Part shown: in pieces, positions 39,874 through 49,662 of the stretch
Layout: every line of letters starts with the position of its first letter
Numbering within the stretch: position 1 is the first letter of the stretch
Sequence record: OM475428
Strand: one strand, 5' to 3'
DNA from: Escherichia phage 1W
Length of the DNA: 49,662 nucleotides
Notes under the pieces: model-generated
What the model saw: the letters and a program-made list of their open reading frames with translations, nothing else
The model's database searches: none
Told to the model about the DNA's origin: nothing
Translations under genes and position numbers: made by a program

Positions 39874-41400
39874 ATGAAAAAAGCCATAGCATATATGCGA
39901 TTTTCATCACCAGGTCAGATGTCTGGTGATTCATTAAACCGCCAGAGAAGGCTTATTACTGAATGGCTAAAGGTAAATAGTGATTATTACCTTGATACCG
40001 TAACGTATGAAGATTTGGGGTTAAGCGCATTCAATGGAAAGCATGCACAATCAGGAGCTTTTTCGGAATTTTTAGATGCTATAGAACATGGTTACATATT
40101 GCCAGGGACTACATTGTTAGTTGAAAGTCTGGACAGACTTTCAAGAGAAAAAGTCGGTGAAGCGATTGAGCGTCTGAAATTGATTTTGAATCACGGTATT
40201 GATGTTATAACTCTTTGCGATAATACAGTCTATAATATAGACTCATTGAATGAGCCATATTCATTAATAAAAGCCATACTTATAGCACAAAGGGCAAATG
40301 AAGAAAGCGAGATAAAGTCAAGTCGGGTTAAATTATCATGGAAGAAAAAACGGCAGGATGCACTGGAATCAGGCACGATTATGACGGCGTCTTGTCCGAG
40401 ATGGCTCTCATTGGATGACAAAAGAACAGCTTTTATTCCAGACCCCGACAGGGTGAAAACGATTGAGCTAATTTTTAAACTCAGGATGGAAAGGCGATCA
40501 TTGAATGCAATAGCTAAGTATTTAAATGATCATGCTGTAAAAAATTTTTCAGGAAAAGAAAGTGCATGGGGGCCTTCTGTAATTGAAAAATTATTAGCGA
40601 ATAAAGCTCTGATAGGTATATGCGTACCTTCATATCGTGCAAGAGGGAAAGGGATAAGTGAAATCGCTGGCTATTATCCCAGAGTCATATCAGATGATTT
40701 GTTTTACGCTGTACAGGAAATTCGGTTGGCACCTTTTGGTATTAGCAATAGTAGCAAGAATCCTATGCTAATAAATCTACTTCGAACAGTTATGAAGTGT
40801 GAGGCTTGTGGTAATACCATGATTGTTCATGCGGTATCTGGACGTTTGCATGGCTATTATGTTTGTCCGATGAGAAGATTACATCGATGTGACAGGCCAT
40901 CAATAAAAAGAGATTTGGTTGATTATAATATCATTAATGAATTGCTTTTTAATTGTAGCAAAATTCAACCAGTTGAAAACAAGAAAGATGCTAATGAAAC
41001 TTTAGAGTTAAAAATTATTGAGCTTCAGATGAAAATTAATAATTTAATCGTTGCATTGTCTGTCGCGCCTGAAGTTACCGCTATAGCAGAGAAAATAAGA
41101 CTATTAGATAAGGAATTACGAAGGGCTTCGGTATCATTAAAAACTTTGAAGAGTAAAGGGGTGAGTTCACTTGGTGATTTTCATGCTATTGATTTAACCA
41201 GTAAAAATGGGCGAGAGCTATGTCGTACACTTGCCTATAAAATATTCGAAAAAATTATAATTAATACAGATAATAAAACCTGTGATATCTATTTTATGAA
41301 TGGCATTGTTTTTAAACACTATCCTTTAATGAAAGTAATATCCGCCCAGCAGGCGATAAGTACTCTTAAATATATGGTTGATGGTGAGGTTTATTTTTGA
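39874..41400 (+). CDS. ybcK: Large serine recombinase (resolvase/invertase catalytic domain, recombinase domain, zinc ribbon); DLP12 YbcK-like
   Basis: 508 aa; N-terminal catalytic region with a Ser in MRFSSPGQ; Cys cluster CEACGN...CPMRRLHRC; AT-rich gene. Confidence 0.8.
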   Translation: MKKAIAYMRFSSPGQMSGDSLNRQRRLITEWLKVNSDYYLDTVTYEDLGLSAFNGKHAQSGAFSEFLDAIEHGYILPGTTLLVESLDRLSREKVGEAIERLKLILNHGIDVITLCDNTVYNIDSLNEPYSLIKAILIAQRANEESEIKSSRVKLSWKKKRQDALESGTIMTASCPRWLSLDDKRTAFIPDPDRVKTIELIFKLRMERRSLNAIAKYLNDHAVKNFSGKESAWGPSVIEKLLANKALIGICVPSYRARGKGISEIAGYYPRVISDDLFYAVQEIRLAPFGISNSSKNPMLINLLRTVMKCEACGNTMIVHAVSGRLHGYYVCPMRRLHRCDRPSIKRDLVDYNIINELLFNCSKIQPVENKKDANETLELKIIELQMKINNLIVALSVAPEVTAIAEKIRLLDKELRRASVSLKTLKSKGVSSLGDFHAIDLTSKNGRELCRTLAYKIFEKIIINTDNKTCDIYFMNGIVFKHYPLMKVISAQQAISTLKYMVDGEVYF

Positions 41401-41724
41401 GTAATAATCACTTTTTCAACCGTGCTATGGTATGAAAGTAAAGTAACTAATATGATATTAACTATCTTGAACGAAGCGCCCTGAGCTATAGTTTTACTAT
41501 AGGCACTGTCACTGGATGTTGGCATTCTTGCTCTAGTAGCTCAACAATACCCAATCACAAAACAATTCACTGATAACAAACTTTGTGCACGTGCTTGGTT
41601 ATGGCGAACAGGTGATGTTAACCTCTTGCCAGAATGCCACTCCACTTCATTAAGTATCTGAGCACCGAGAGGCTGGTCACGCCCCCATTAAAAATAATTT
41701 CTTTTGAATCGAGTGAAATAGGTT

Positions 41725-41751
41725 AGCCCGCATAAGTGCGGGCTGCTTTTT
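41725..41751. terminator. Bidirectional hairpin terminator between ybcK and the convergent hydrolase gene
   Basis: Stem agcccgca / tgcgggct followed by gcttttt on the plus strand; abuts the hydrolase stop on the minus strand. Confidence 0.6.
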
Positions 41752-42793
41752 ACAGGTCAGCGTTTGTTTTTTGTTGTTGGGTAGCGGTTTTTATGGGGGT
41801 TCCCAGGTTTTTAGTAAACCACTCAACAACTCTGTTTATAATAATTGGCTGATACCATGTATTATCGCCATGCTCGGCCCCTTCTACCAGCACGTACTCA
41901 GCGTTATCACCGTTCTTCTTCAACATCCTGAATAGTTTGGCGCTTTGCTCAGGTGAAACCAGAGTGTCTTTGCTACCATGCATAATAAGAAATGGGGGTT
42001 TTACTCCTTTCATATGTCCGATTGGACTGGCGTTTAGCGCTTTTTCTTTTGACGCTGTGATGGGGGCTCCCGCAAAATTTCTGAATGCAGGGCCATTGAT
42101 CATTAAGGCTTCGGTTACGGCAGGAGAGCGATGAACCTCCTGCACTGATTCAGGGAACCCCTCGCCAATATTCAACAAGTCAGAAATCCCATAAAGTGTG
42201 GCAACTGCCTGAACATCTGAGGATTGCTGAAGAAAGTCACCTTTATCAAAGGTTTTGTCACCATTTGTAGTTCCCATCATCTGGGCAAGCCATCCACCGG
42301 CAGAGTCACCCAGAACTCCGATTCTTTGAGGATCAATCCCATAATTGCTGGCATGCTCTCTCAGGTAACGTATTGCAGCTTTTCCATCCTCAACTGGTGC
42401 TGGAAATGTATCAGGAATTGTTCTGTATTCTACAGCGGCCACAACAAAACCAGCTTCTGCCAGAGCCATTCTCATTTCAATAAATTTGTCATGTTCAGAA
42501 GACATGAATCCGCCGCCGGGATAATAAATAATGGCTGGTTTTAAATCATTTGTTCGCGGGACAAGAACTGACATGTGAAGCTGTCTGACAGAACGAGTTC
42601 CTTTTATCTGGGAATAAACAACATCACCAATGAGATCGACCTGGTTTCTGGTCGGTGAAACACTAATGATATCTGCACCCGGGGTGTAACCAGGAAGATT
42701 AGTCTGGACAGGTGTTGCACAACTCCCGACCGACATGGCCATTGACATACCATACAATAGTGTTGCAGATGATAATATCTTGTTAATTTTCAT
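41750..42793 (-). CDS. Secreted/lipoprotein alpha/beta-hydrolase (esterase/lipase family)
   Basis: 347 aa; signal peptide with a Cys (MSVGSC); oxyanion-hole motif YYPGGGF; nucleophile elbow GDSAGG. Confidence 0.75.
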   Translation of the reverse strand: MKINKILSSATLLYGMSMAMSVGSCATPVQTNLPGYTPGADIISVSPTRNQVDLIGDVVYSQIKGTRSVRQLHMSVLVPRTNDLKPAIIYYPGGGFMSSEHDKFIEMRMALAEAGFVVAAVEYRTIPDTFPAPVEDGKAAIRYLREHASNYGIDPQRIGVLGDSAGGWLAQMMGTTNGDKTFDKGDFLQQSSDVQAVATLYGISDLLNIGEGFPESVQEVHRSPAVTEALMINGPAFRNFAGAPITASKEKALNASPIGHMKGVKPPFLIMHGSKDTLVSPEQSAKLFRMLKKNGDNAEYVLVEGAEHGDNTWYQPIIINRVVEWFTKNLGTPIKTATQQQKTNADL

Positions 42794-43240
42794 GTTTTAC
42801 ATGCCTTGACTTATCGGATGAAATTCTCTTACTGAATTTAACGGCAGTTTAATAGCCGTACAACTCGTGGTAGCCAGGGAAATATCCCAGTCGTGGTTAA
42901 GGTTGTACTTGACGGCTATTATTTCAACAATGCTTAAAGTGAGAGCTTAAGGTTATGCGTATGTTTTACAGTCCGAGTAGATTCTGACCAATAGCTTCTT
43001 TGTATAATTCTGTCAGAAATAAATCTTGGCTTGCATGAAGTTTGAGACCTTATCTTGTTTGATTATGAATAATCAATTCGCCATAATTGTATCACCGGAG
43101 CCTGAACAACTCCGGTGACTTCTGCGCTAAACGGGGACGTTTATGCGCACACACAATCCAAACTCTCTTCTCCCTTCACAGATGCAGAAATGCACCTGCG
43201 TTTTTTTGCATCCAGCGTCTGACCTCTGTGGAGGTGAAGC

Positions 43241-43696
43241 GTGAACCTACCACAAGATGGCATCAAACTGCATCGCGGTAACTTCATCGCTATCGGCCAG
43301 CAGATCCAGCCTTATCTGGAGGACGGAAAATGCTTTCGCATGGTGCTTAAACCGTGGCGTGAGAAACGCAGTCTTTCCCAGAATGCACTCAGCCATATGT
43401 GGTACAGCGAAATCAGTGAATACCTCATCAGCAGGGGGAAATCGTTCGCTACCGCAGCATGGGTAAAAGATGCTCTCAAACACACATACCTCGGTTATGA
43501 AACCAAGGACCTGGTTGATGTCGTAACCGGCGAAATCACTACTATCCAGTCGTTACGCCATACCTCCGATCTTGATACCGGAGAGATGTATGTCTTCCTG
43601 TGTAAGGTTGAAGCCTGGGCGATGAATATTGGCTGCCACCTGACTATTCCGCAGAGCTGCGAGTTCCAGCTGCTGCGCGACAAGCAGGAGGCGTAA
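43241..43696 (+). CDS. ybcN: YbcN-like protein (DLP12 nin-region protein)
   Basis: 151 aa; matches my recollection of E. coli YbcN; located in the nin region before ninE. Confidence 0.7.
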   Translation: MNLPQDGIKLHRGNFIAIGQQIQPYLEDGKCFRMVLKPWREKRSLSQNALSHMWYSEISEYLISRGKSFATAAWVKDALKHTYLGYETKDLVDVVTGEITTIQSLRHTSDLDTGEMYVFLCKVEAWAMNIGCHLTIPQSCEFQLLRDKQEA

Positions 43697-43866
43697 TGGC
43701 TACACCGCTTATTCGTGTCATGAACGGACACATCTACAAAGTACCAAATCGTCGTAAGCGTAAACCTGAGCTGAAGCCATCCGAAATACCAACACTGCTC
43801 GGGTATACCGCCAGCCTGGTTGATAAAAAATGGTTGCGACTGGCAGCAAGGAGGAATCATGGCTGA
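43696..43866 (+). CDS. ninE: NinE-like small protein
   Basis: 56-aa ORF (below the ORF-track cutoff) with ATG at 43696 and basic composition (NRRKRKPELKPSE ... WLRLAARR); overlaps the ybcO start. Confidence 0.55.
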   Translation: MATPLIRVMNGHIYKVPNRRKRKPELKPSEIPTLLGYTASLVDKKWLRLAARRNHG

Positions 43867-44149
43867 TTTGAGAAAAGCAGCGCGTGGTCGGGAATGCCAG
43901 GTAAGAATCCCTGGCGTATGTAATGGCAATCCTGAAACGTCAGTACTGGCACATATCCGGCTGGCTGGATTGTGCTGTACCGGTATCAAACCGCCAGACC
44001 TGATTGCCACCATTGCATGTTCTGCCTGCCACGACGAAATCGACCGTCGCACGCATTTTGTTGACGCTGGATATGCAAAAGAATGCGCGCTGGAAGGTAT
44101 GGCGAGAACACAGGTTATCTGGTTGAAAGAGGGGGTTATTGAGGCGTGA
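43859..44149 (+). CDS. ybcO: YbcO-like protein (DUF1364, Cys-rich putative nuclease)
   Basis: 96 aa from [32 protein letters not shown]; Cys/His cluster; precedes rusA as in DLP12. Confidence 0.7.
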   Translation: MADLRKAARGRECQVRIPGVCNGNPETSVLAHIRLAGLCCTGIKPPDLIATIACSACHDEIDRRTHFVDAGYAKECALEGMARTQVIWLKEGVIEA

Positions 44150-44508
44150 ATACCTACAGCATCACATTACCCTGGCCGCCGAGCAATAATCGCTATTACC
44201 GCCATAATCGCGGACGCACGCATATCAGCGCAGAGGGGCAGGCATACCGCGATAATGTCGCCCGAATCATTAAAAACGCAATGCTGGATATCGGCCTGGC
44301 TATTCCTGTGAAAATCAGCATTGAGTGCCACATGCCGGATCGCCGTCGCCGTGACCTTGATAATCTGCAAAAGGCCGCTTTTGACGCACTCACCAAAGCA
44401 GGTTTCTGGCTGGATGATGCTCAGGTCGTTGATTACCGCGTTGTGAAGATGCCCGTTACCAAAGGTGGGAAGCTGGAGCTGACTATCACTGAACTGGGAG
44501 ATGAATGA
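44146..44508 (+). CDS. rusA: Holliday junction resolvase RusA
   Basis: 120 aa; near-identical to E. coli RusA from recall ([26 protein letters not shown]). Confidence 0.9.
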   Translation: MNTYSITLPWPPSNNRYYRHNRGRTHISAEGQAYRDNVARIIKNAMLDIGLAIPVKISIECHMPDRRRRDLDNLQKAAFDALTKAGFWLDDAQVVDYRVVKMPVTKGGKLELTITELGDE

Positions 44509-44645
44509 TGTTTGAGTCTTATATGGCAGAGCGTCTTCGCCGCCGCTGGGTGCGCCTGCGCTTATATCGTTTTCCTGGTTCTGTTTTGACCGATTACCGA
44601 ATACTGAAGAATTACGCCAAAACCCTGACAGGAGCAGGAGTATGA
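44505..44645 (+). CDS. ylcG: YlcG-like small protein
   Basis: 46-aa ORF ([26 protein letters not shown]) overlapping the rusA stop, at the position of DLP12 ylcG. Confidence 0.55.
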   Translation: MMFESYMAERLRRRWVRLRLYRFPGSVLTDYRILKNYAKTLTGAGV

Positions 44646-44730
44646 AGTCAGAGATAACAATCAACTAATACTGTTTTGTTGATTTTTGCTTGTAATTGGC
44701 GTTCTGGTCTGATTTTTGTGGAGTAAGTTG

Positions 44731-45114
44731 ATGCGTGATATTCAGATGGTTCTTGAGCGTTGGGGAGCGTGGGCGGCTAATAATCATGAAGATGTGACCT
44801 GGTCGTCCGTTGCCGCCGGTTTTAAGGGATTAATTCCTTCAAAAGTAAAATCTCGCCCGCAATGTTGTGACGATGACGCGATGATCATTTGCGGGTGCAT
44901 GGCCCGTCTGAAAAAGAACAACAGCGATTTACACGATTTATTAGTAGATTATTATGTATGTGGTATGACATTCATGTCACTGGCAAGTAAGCATTGCTGC
45001 TCGGATGGTTATATCGGGAAAAGGTTACAGAAGGCTGAGGGCATAATTGAAGGGATGTTAATGGCATTAGATATCCGGTTAGATATGGATATCGTTGCTA
45101 ATAATTCTAATTGA
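44731..45114 (+). CDS. quuD: Late gene antiterminator Q (Q82/QuuD-like)
   Basis: About 127 aa from [16 protein letters not shown]; Cys-rich zinc-binding region; last gene before the late promoter region. Confidence 0.8.
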   Translation: MRDIQMVLERWGAWAANNHEDVTWSSVAAGFKGLIPSKVKSRPQCCDDDAMIICGCMARLKKNNSDLHDLLVDYYVCGMTFMSLASKHCCSDGYIGKRLQKAEGIIEGMLMALDIRLDMDIVANNSN

Positions 45115-45251
45115 TATGCAATTGTTTACTAAAAGTTATTAAAAATGGGGCGTGGAAACGCCCCCAAAATAAAGGGTAATATATAACAGAAGGTTTATAT
45201 AGTAAGAAGCAAGGTAGTGCTTCTAAAGGAAGTGGCTTGAGGGCTCCACTT
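45115..45251 (+). promoter_or_regulatory. Late promoter PR' / qut region (inferred)
   Basis: AT-rich segment between Q and the tR'-like hairpin; position inferred by analogy with lambda; promoter elements not pinpointed. Confidence 0.4.
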
Positions 45252-45291
45252 ATATGTTGCGGAGGCAAAGCCTCCCGCAACATATCTTTTT
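45252..45291 (+). terminator. tR'-like intrinsic terminator downstream of Q
   Basis: Perfect 14-bp stem atatgttgcggagg / cctcccgcaacatat followed by cttttt. Confidence 0.7.
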
Positions 45292-45302
45292 CGTAAGTCA
45301 GA

Positions 45303-46385
45303 TTAGAACTGATAAACCAGACCTACAGCGACGATGTCGTCGGTATCAATACCAGCTGTTTTGGTAAACTTACTATCGTCAATTAAGTTGATTTTGTAAT
45401 CAACAAAAGTGGACATGTTTTTATTAAAGTAGTAAGTAGCACCGACATCGACATACTTGACTAAGTCTCGGTCACCATGAACACCAAGGTCTTTACCTTT
45501 TGACTGAAGGTAAGCAACAGATGGTCGCAGACCGAAGTCAAACTGATATTGTGCTACTGCTTCAAAGTTTTGTGCTTTGTTTGCAATATGGTTATTACCA
45601 AAAACGGTCATATTCTGAGTTTCAGAATATGTGGTAGCCAGATAGATATTGTTCGCATCATATTTCAGGCCTGCAGCCCATACTTCCGCATTTTTGCCGG
45701 AGGCATTGAATTTGCTCTTACCATAGGCGACCTGACCGTCAGTGCGATCTGATTTAGCATAGGTTGCACCCACGCCGAATCCTTCATACTCATAAGTAGT
45801 GGAGAAACCGAAACCATCACCATTGACTTCAGTTACGTCAGTGCGGTCATTTTTACCCTGATACTGAGCAGCAAAGTTCAGGCCATCGACCAGACCAAAG
45901 AAGTCGTTGTTACGATAAGTTGCAACACCAGTAGTGCGACCAGTCATGAACACATCTGTTTGGGTCCAGGTATCACCACCGAATTCTGGCAGGACGTCAG
46001 TCCACGCACCGATGTCGTATGCTACACCGTAGTTACGGCCGTAATCGATTGAGCCGTAATCACCAAATTTCAGGCCTGCAAATGCAAGACGGGTTTTGTC
46101 TTTGGAAGAACCTTGAGATTCAGCACGGTTGCCTTTGAATTCATATTCCCACTGACCGAAACCAGTCAGTTGATCGTTGATTTGGGTTTCACCTTTGAAG
46201 CCAAGACGGGCATAAGTAGTATCACCATCATCTGCATCATTAGAGGAGAAGTAGTGCTTGGCATTAACTTTCCCGTATAGATCCAGCTTGTTACTGTCTT
46301 TATTATAAATTTCAGCTGCCTGAGCAGACATCGCCATCAGTACTGATGCAGCTACAGCAGAAATTGCCACTGTTAATTTTTTCAT
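45303..46385 (-). CDS. nmpC: Outer membrane porin (OmpC/OmpF/NmpC-Lc family) with signal peptide
   Basis: 360 aa; signal peptide ending AQA-AEIYNK; C-terminal aromatic residue (VYQF); the position between Q and lysis genes matches DLP12 nmpC and PA-2 lc. Confidence 0.85.
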   Translation of the reverse strand: MKKLTVAISAVAASVLMAMSAQAAEIYNKDSNKLDLYGKVNAKHYFSSNDADDGDTTYARLGFKGETQINDQLTGFGQWEYEFKGNRAESQGSSKDKTRLAFAGLKFGDYGSIDYGRNYGVAYDIGAWTDVLPEFGGDTWTQTDVFMTGRTTGVATYRNNDFFGLVDGLNFAAQYQGKNDRTDVTEVNGDGFGFSTTYEYEGFGVGATYAKSDRTDGQVAYGKSKFNASGKNAEVWAAGLKYDANNIYLATTYSETQNMTVFGNNHIANKAQNFEAVAQYQFDFGLRPSVAYLQSKGKDLGVHGDRDLVKYVDVGATYYFNKNMSTFVDYKINLIDDSKFTKTAGIDTDDIVAVGLVYQF

Positions 46386-46812
46386 TGTACGCCCTTTTTT
46401 TTGAACTATTATTAAAAAATGATGTCACTGCGCGATAAATATTCATCTAATCAATGCGATTATTTCAAGATGTAAGTTTTAGTTTCTCATTTAATTTGTG
46501 AAGTAGATCTCTATTTTTATCTGAACCTTTTCTATCTAATCCTATTCATGGCTCTTGTTTGAACGAAAATAAATCTATTAGCTAATTTATATTAATGGCA
46601 CTTATTTATAAGCGCTCTATAATTCTTTAGCTTAATTTAAACAAACTAAAAATAACATCGGAAATTATTCATTGGTTATTTGTTGAAGTTTTCTTATGTA
46701 TTTGTGGTGGTGTTTTGAACACTCGGTGGCATTCTCACAAATATCATTTAGTAGTTTACGTACGTAAAAAATTGGTTATGCTGTTAAGAGTGGTTACTTC
46801 GTCACACAGCTT

Positions 46813-46846
46813 AAACCCGCCGTCGAGCGGGTTTTTCCATTTTTTG
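46813..46846 (+). terminator. Intrinsic terminator-like hairpin upstream of the lysis cassette
   Basis: aaacccgc cgtcga gcgggttt followed by a T-rich stretch. Confidence 0.5.
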
Positions 46847-46974
46847 AGTCTCGATATTAGCTGATAACCCAATACCTGAGTTATTCACTGACTCCGAATC
46901 TGTTACGTTTCTGCCTTTATTGCGATACGTAGTATCCCCTTAATTTACACCCGCTTTGTCTGCGAGGTGGGGTT

Positions 46975-47190
46975 ATGAAATCCATGGATAAGTTAACAAC
47001 GGGTGTCGCCTATGGCACCTCAGCAGGTAGTGCCGGGTACTGGTTTTTACAGTTGCTCGATAAAGTCACGCCCTCACAGTGGGCGGCAATAGGTGTGCTG
47101 GGTAGTCTGGTATTTGGCTTGCTGACGTATCTGACAAACCTTTATTTCAAGATTAAAGAAGATAAGCGTAAGGCTGCGAGAGGTGAATAA
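46975..47190 (+). CDS. S: Pinholin S (phage 21 S21-like)
   Basis: 71 aa; very similar to S21 from recall ([26 protein letters not shown] ... KRKAARGE); two TM domains. Confidence 0.9.
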
Positions 47191-47687
47191 TGTCGCCATC
47201 ATTACGCAAGGCTATTGCTGCTGCTATTGGTGGTGGGGCTGTTGCCATAGCGTCTGTGCTCATCACTGGTCCGAGTGGTGACGATGGCCTGGAAGGTGTC
47301 AGCTACATACCATACAAAGATATCGTTGGCGTATGGACTGTATGTCACGGACACACCGGAAAAGACATCATGCTCGGTAAAACGTATACCGAAGCAGAAT
47401 GCAAAGCCCTCCTGAATAAAGACCTTGCCACTGTCGCCAGACAAATTAACCCGTACATCAAAGTCGATATACCGGAAACAACGCGCGGCGCTCTTTACTC
47501 GTTCGTTTACAACGTGGGCGCTGGCAATTTCAGAACATCGACGCTTCTTCGCAAAATAAACCAGGGCGATATCAAAGGCGCATGTGATCAGCTACGGCGC
47601 TGGACATACGCTGGCGGTAAGCAATGGAAAGGGCTGATGACTCGCCGTGAGATTGAGCGTGAAGTCTGTTTGTGGGGGCAACAATGA
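47190..47687 (+). CDS. R: SAR endolysin (lysozyme R21-like)
   Basis: 165 aa; N-terminal signal-anchor-release segment ([18 protein letters not shown]); T4-lysozyme-like core; overlaps the S stop. Confidence 0.9.
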   Translation: MSPSLRKAIAAAIGGGAVAIASVLITGPSGDDGLEGVSYIPYKDIVGVWTVCHGHTGKDIMLGKTYTEAECKALLNKDLATVARQINPYIKVDIPETTRGALYSFVYNVGAGNFRTSTLLRKINQGDIKGACDQLRRWTYAGGKQWKGLMTRREIEREVCLWGQQ

Positions 47688-48127
47688 GCAGAGTAACCGC
47701 GATTATCTCCGCTCTGGTTATCTGCATCATCGTCTGCCTGTCATGGGCTGTTAATCATTACCGTGATAACGCCATCGCCTACAAAGAGCAGCGCGACAAA
47801 GCCGCATCTACTATCGCTGACATGCAGAAGCGTCAACGTGATGTAGCAGAACTCGACGCCAGATACACAAAGGAGCTTGCTGATGCTAACGCGACTATCG
47901 AAAGTCTACGTGCTGATGTTTTTGCTGGTCGTAAGTGGCTGCGCGTCAAAGCAGTCTGTCCGGACATGCATAAAACCACCGCCGCCTCCGGCGTGGATGA
48001 TGGTGCCAGCCCCAGACTTACTGACACCGCTCAACGGGATTATTTCGTTCTCAGAGAGCGCATCGAAACCGTAACTAACCAATTGAATGGTCTGCAAGAG
48101 TATGTGAGATCACAGTGTTCATATTAG
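47684..48127 (+). CDS. Rz: Spanin inner-membrane subunit Rz
   Basis: N-terminal TM helix then coiled coil; start MSRVTAII chosen; overlaps the R stop. Confidence 0.85.
   Translation: MSRVTAIISALVICIIVCLSWAVNHYRDNAIAYKEQRDKAASTIADMQKRQRDVAELDARYTKELADANATIESLRADVFAGRKWLRVKAVCPDMHKTTAASGVDDGASPRLTDTAQRDYFVLRERIETVTNQLNGLQEYVRSQCSY
47883..48074 (+). CDS. Rz1: Spanin outer-membrane lipoprotein Rz1, embedded in the +1 frame of Rz
   Basis: Signal peptide with lipobox LVVSGC followed by a Pro-rich segment (PPPPPAW) typical of Rz1; entirely within Rz. Confidence 0.8.
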   Translation: MLTRLSKVYVLMFLLVVSGCASKQSVRTCIKPPPPPAWMMVPAPDLLTPLNGIISFSESASKP

Positions 48128-48165
48128 AAAAGTCTTATCATAAGATTTTTGTATATGGATGCATT

Positions 48166-48540
48166 ATGTCTCAATACGCTCAAGCCGCTTTAAATGCTTA
48201 TCAATTGGTTGCTCATAACTCAATGTCTCCTCGTGATGCATGGGAGGCTGCTGTCGCTGAGGTTACAGAAAGCGAATCGGCAAGAAAGAAGGGATGCCCA
48301 AGGGCAACGTTTCTCGCTCTGGCGGATAGCGGTTATCTGAAGAATGTAAAACAACATCATGGGGAGAAAAAGATCGGTAAGTTGTACCAAAGGGCAATTG
48401 AAGTTGCGAATCTGATTCTTGATTTACCCGGAATTAGCAAAGCTGAGCTAGTTGATAAAACTTGCTATAAAGACAGGCAAGGGTCTTATGACATTGCTCT
48501 AACTCTCGCTCAGCACGGATTACTCCAGCGTCCTCAATAA
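48166..48540 (+). CDS. Hypothetical protein between lysis genes and cos
   Basis: ORF with ATG at 48166 (MSQYAQAAL); the track's upstream extension starts at GTG; no family recognised. Confidence 0.45.
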   Translation: MSQYAQAALNAYQLVAHNSMSPRDAWEAAVAEVTESESARKKGCPRATFLALADSGYLKNVKQHHGEKKIGKLYQRAIEVANLILDLPGISKAELVDKTCYKDRQGSYDIALTLAQHGLLQRPQ

Positions 48541-48638
48541 GATATTAAGTGATTTATGGCCTCGCTTTTAGCGGGGCTTTTTCATATCTGAATCTCACCA
48601 TGCATATCATCACCTGACTGGAACGTCAGGAGAATTCG

Positions 48639-48890
48639 TTACCGGGATTCGATAAAGGTATTCAAGCCTGACACATTATGCGCTGTATCGTCGCCGTATT
48701 CCTGCATTAACCATGACCGTAGCCCGACGGGGAATTCCTTCTGCGCGAGTGTGCGGGAATAATCAAAAACGATGCACACCGGGTTTTTACCGCGTTTATT
48801 ATTCGCGGGTTTGTCCCTCATGCTCGCCAGTCCTGTGCGGGGGTGGAAGAAACAGGACGTGTATTCAGGTCTGTCAGATATTGAATTCAT
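48639..48890 (-). CDS. Hypothetical protein near cos
   Basis: 83-aa ORF opposite to late transcription, in the bor-equivalent position; no family recognised. Confidence 0.35.
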   Translation of the reverse strand: MNSISDRPEYTSCFFHPRTGLASMRDKPANNKRGKNPVCIVFDYSRTLAQKEFPVGLRSWLMQEYGDDTAHNVSGLNTFIESR

Positions 48891-48943
48891 TGCGAATAAA
48901 CCAGAACGCCTGCGGGTCCTTTCCGGCGATCCGACAGGTTACG

Positions 48944-48955
48944 GGGCGGCGACCT
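48944..48955 (+). other. cosN cohesive-end sequence GGGCGGCGACCT
   Basis: Exact match to the lambda 12-nt cohesive end in its junction context (…CCGACAGGTTACG|GGGCGGCGACCT|CGCGG). Confidence 0.9.
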
Positions 48956-49131
48956 CGCGGTTTTTCACTATTTATGAAAATTTTTCAGGGAAAATCGTGT
49001 CGGTACTTCTCGAATATAACTTTTTGTTTTTTTTAATATTGCATTCGTAAAGGTCCGACATGAAAGTGTCCGAAAATGCCTTTTTCTGGCGTTTTCATGT
49101 CGGGCCTTGTATTTGATAATGGGTTGTTTTC
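48956..49131 (+). promoter_or_regulatory. cosB region (terminase small subunit binding sites)
   Basis: Lies between cosN and the Nu1 start; contains the inverted repeat GGTCCGACATGAAA ... TTTCATGTCGGGCC (about 49050-49105). Confidence 0.6.
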
Positions 49132-49297
49132 ATGAAGGTTAATAAAAAGAGGCTTGCCGAAATTTTCAACGTGGACCCGCGGACGATTGAACGCTGGCAG
49201 TCTCAGGGACTCCCTTGCGCCTCCAAAGGTAGTAAGGGCATTGAATCTGTATTTGATACTGCCATGGCAATTCAGTGGTATGCGCAGAGGGAAACTG
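49132..49297 (+). CDS. nu1: Terminase small subunit, 5' portion (continues at window position 1; the gene wraps around the circular contig)
   Basis: [28 protein letters not shown]...; 49169-49297 is identical to window 1-129. Confidence 0.85.

Positions 49298-49662
<365 letters not shown>

Noticed and set aside
41937-42544. Plus-strand ORFs (65 and 106 aa) inside the hydrolase gene
   Set aside because: They are antisense to a CDS with clear catalytic motifs and have no independent support.
45115-45300. Possible tRNA gene downstream of Q, as in some Stx phages
   Set aside because: No cloverleaf-compatible sequence or conserved T-loop/D-loop motifs were seen; the hairpins present are terminator-like.

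Overview
The window is essentially one complete, circularly closed lambdoid phage genome (about 49.17 kb unique). Window positions 1-129 repeat 49169-49297, and the contig ends in a reverse-complemented Illumina P5 adapter, poly-A and about 300 nt of poly-G, which are technical artefacts. Gene order is canonical lambda: cos, terminase, head, tail, side tail fibre, att/int/xis, Red recombination, immunity, replication, nin region, Q, lysis, cos. Many proteins are recognisable from memory as lambda or phage 21 / DLP12 homologues: the structural and Red/O/P/ren genes are lambda-like, while the lysis cassette, small terminase and icd-targeted integration module look phage-21-like. Accessory cargo is abundant: an IS66-family element inserted in the side-tail-fibre gene with 8-bp target duplications; a sitABCD Mn/Fe ABC transporter operon with MntR- and Fur-like boxes; a phage-borne 3' icd fragment at attP with arm-type repeats; emrE; a large serine recombinase; a secreted alpha/beta-hydrolase; and an OmpC-family porin. 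The most interesting locus is an AT-rich, translationally coupled two-gene operon immediately downstream of cI, in the position lambda uses for rexAB. It encodes a 357-aa protein with GNAT-like motifs and a 125-aa ASCH/PUA-like protein, and I propose it as a candidate lysogen-expressed defence module that I cannot assign to a named system. All homology statements are from recall and visual inspection; no database search was run.
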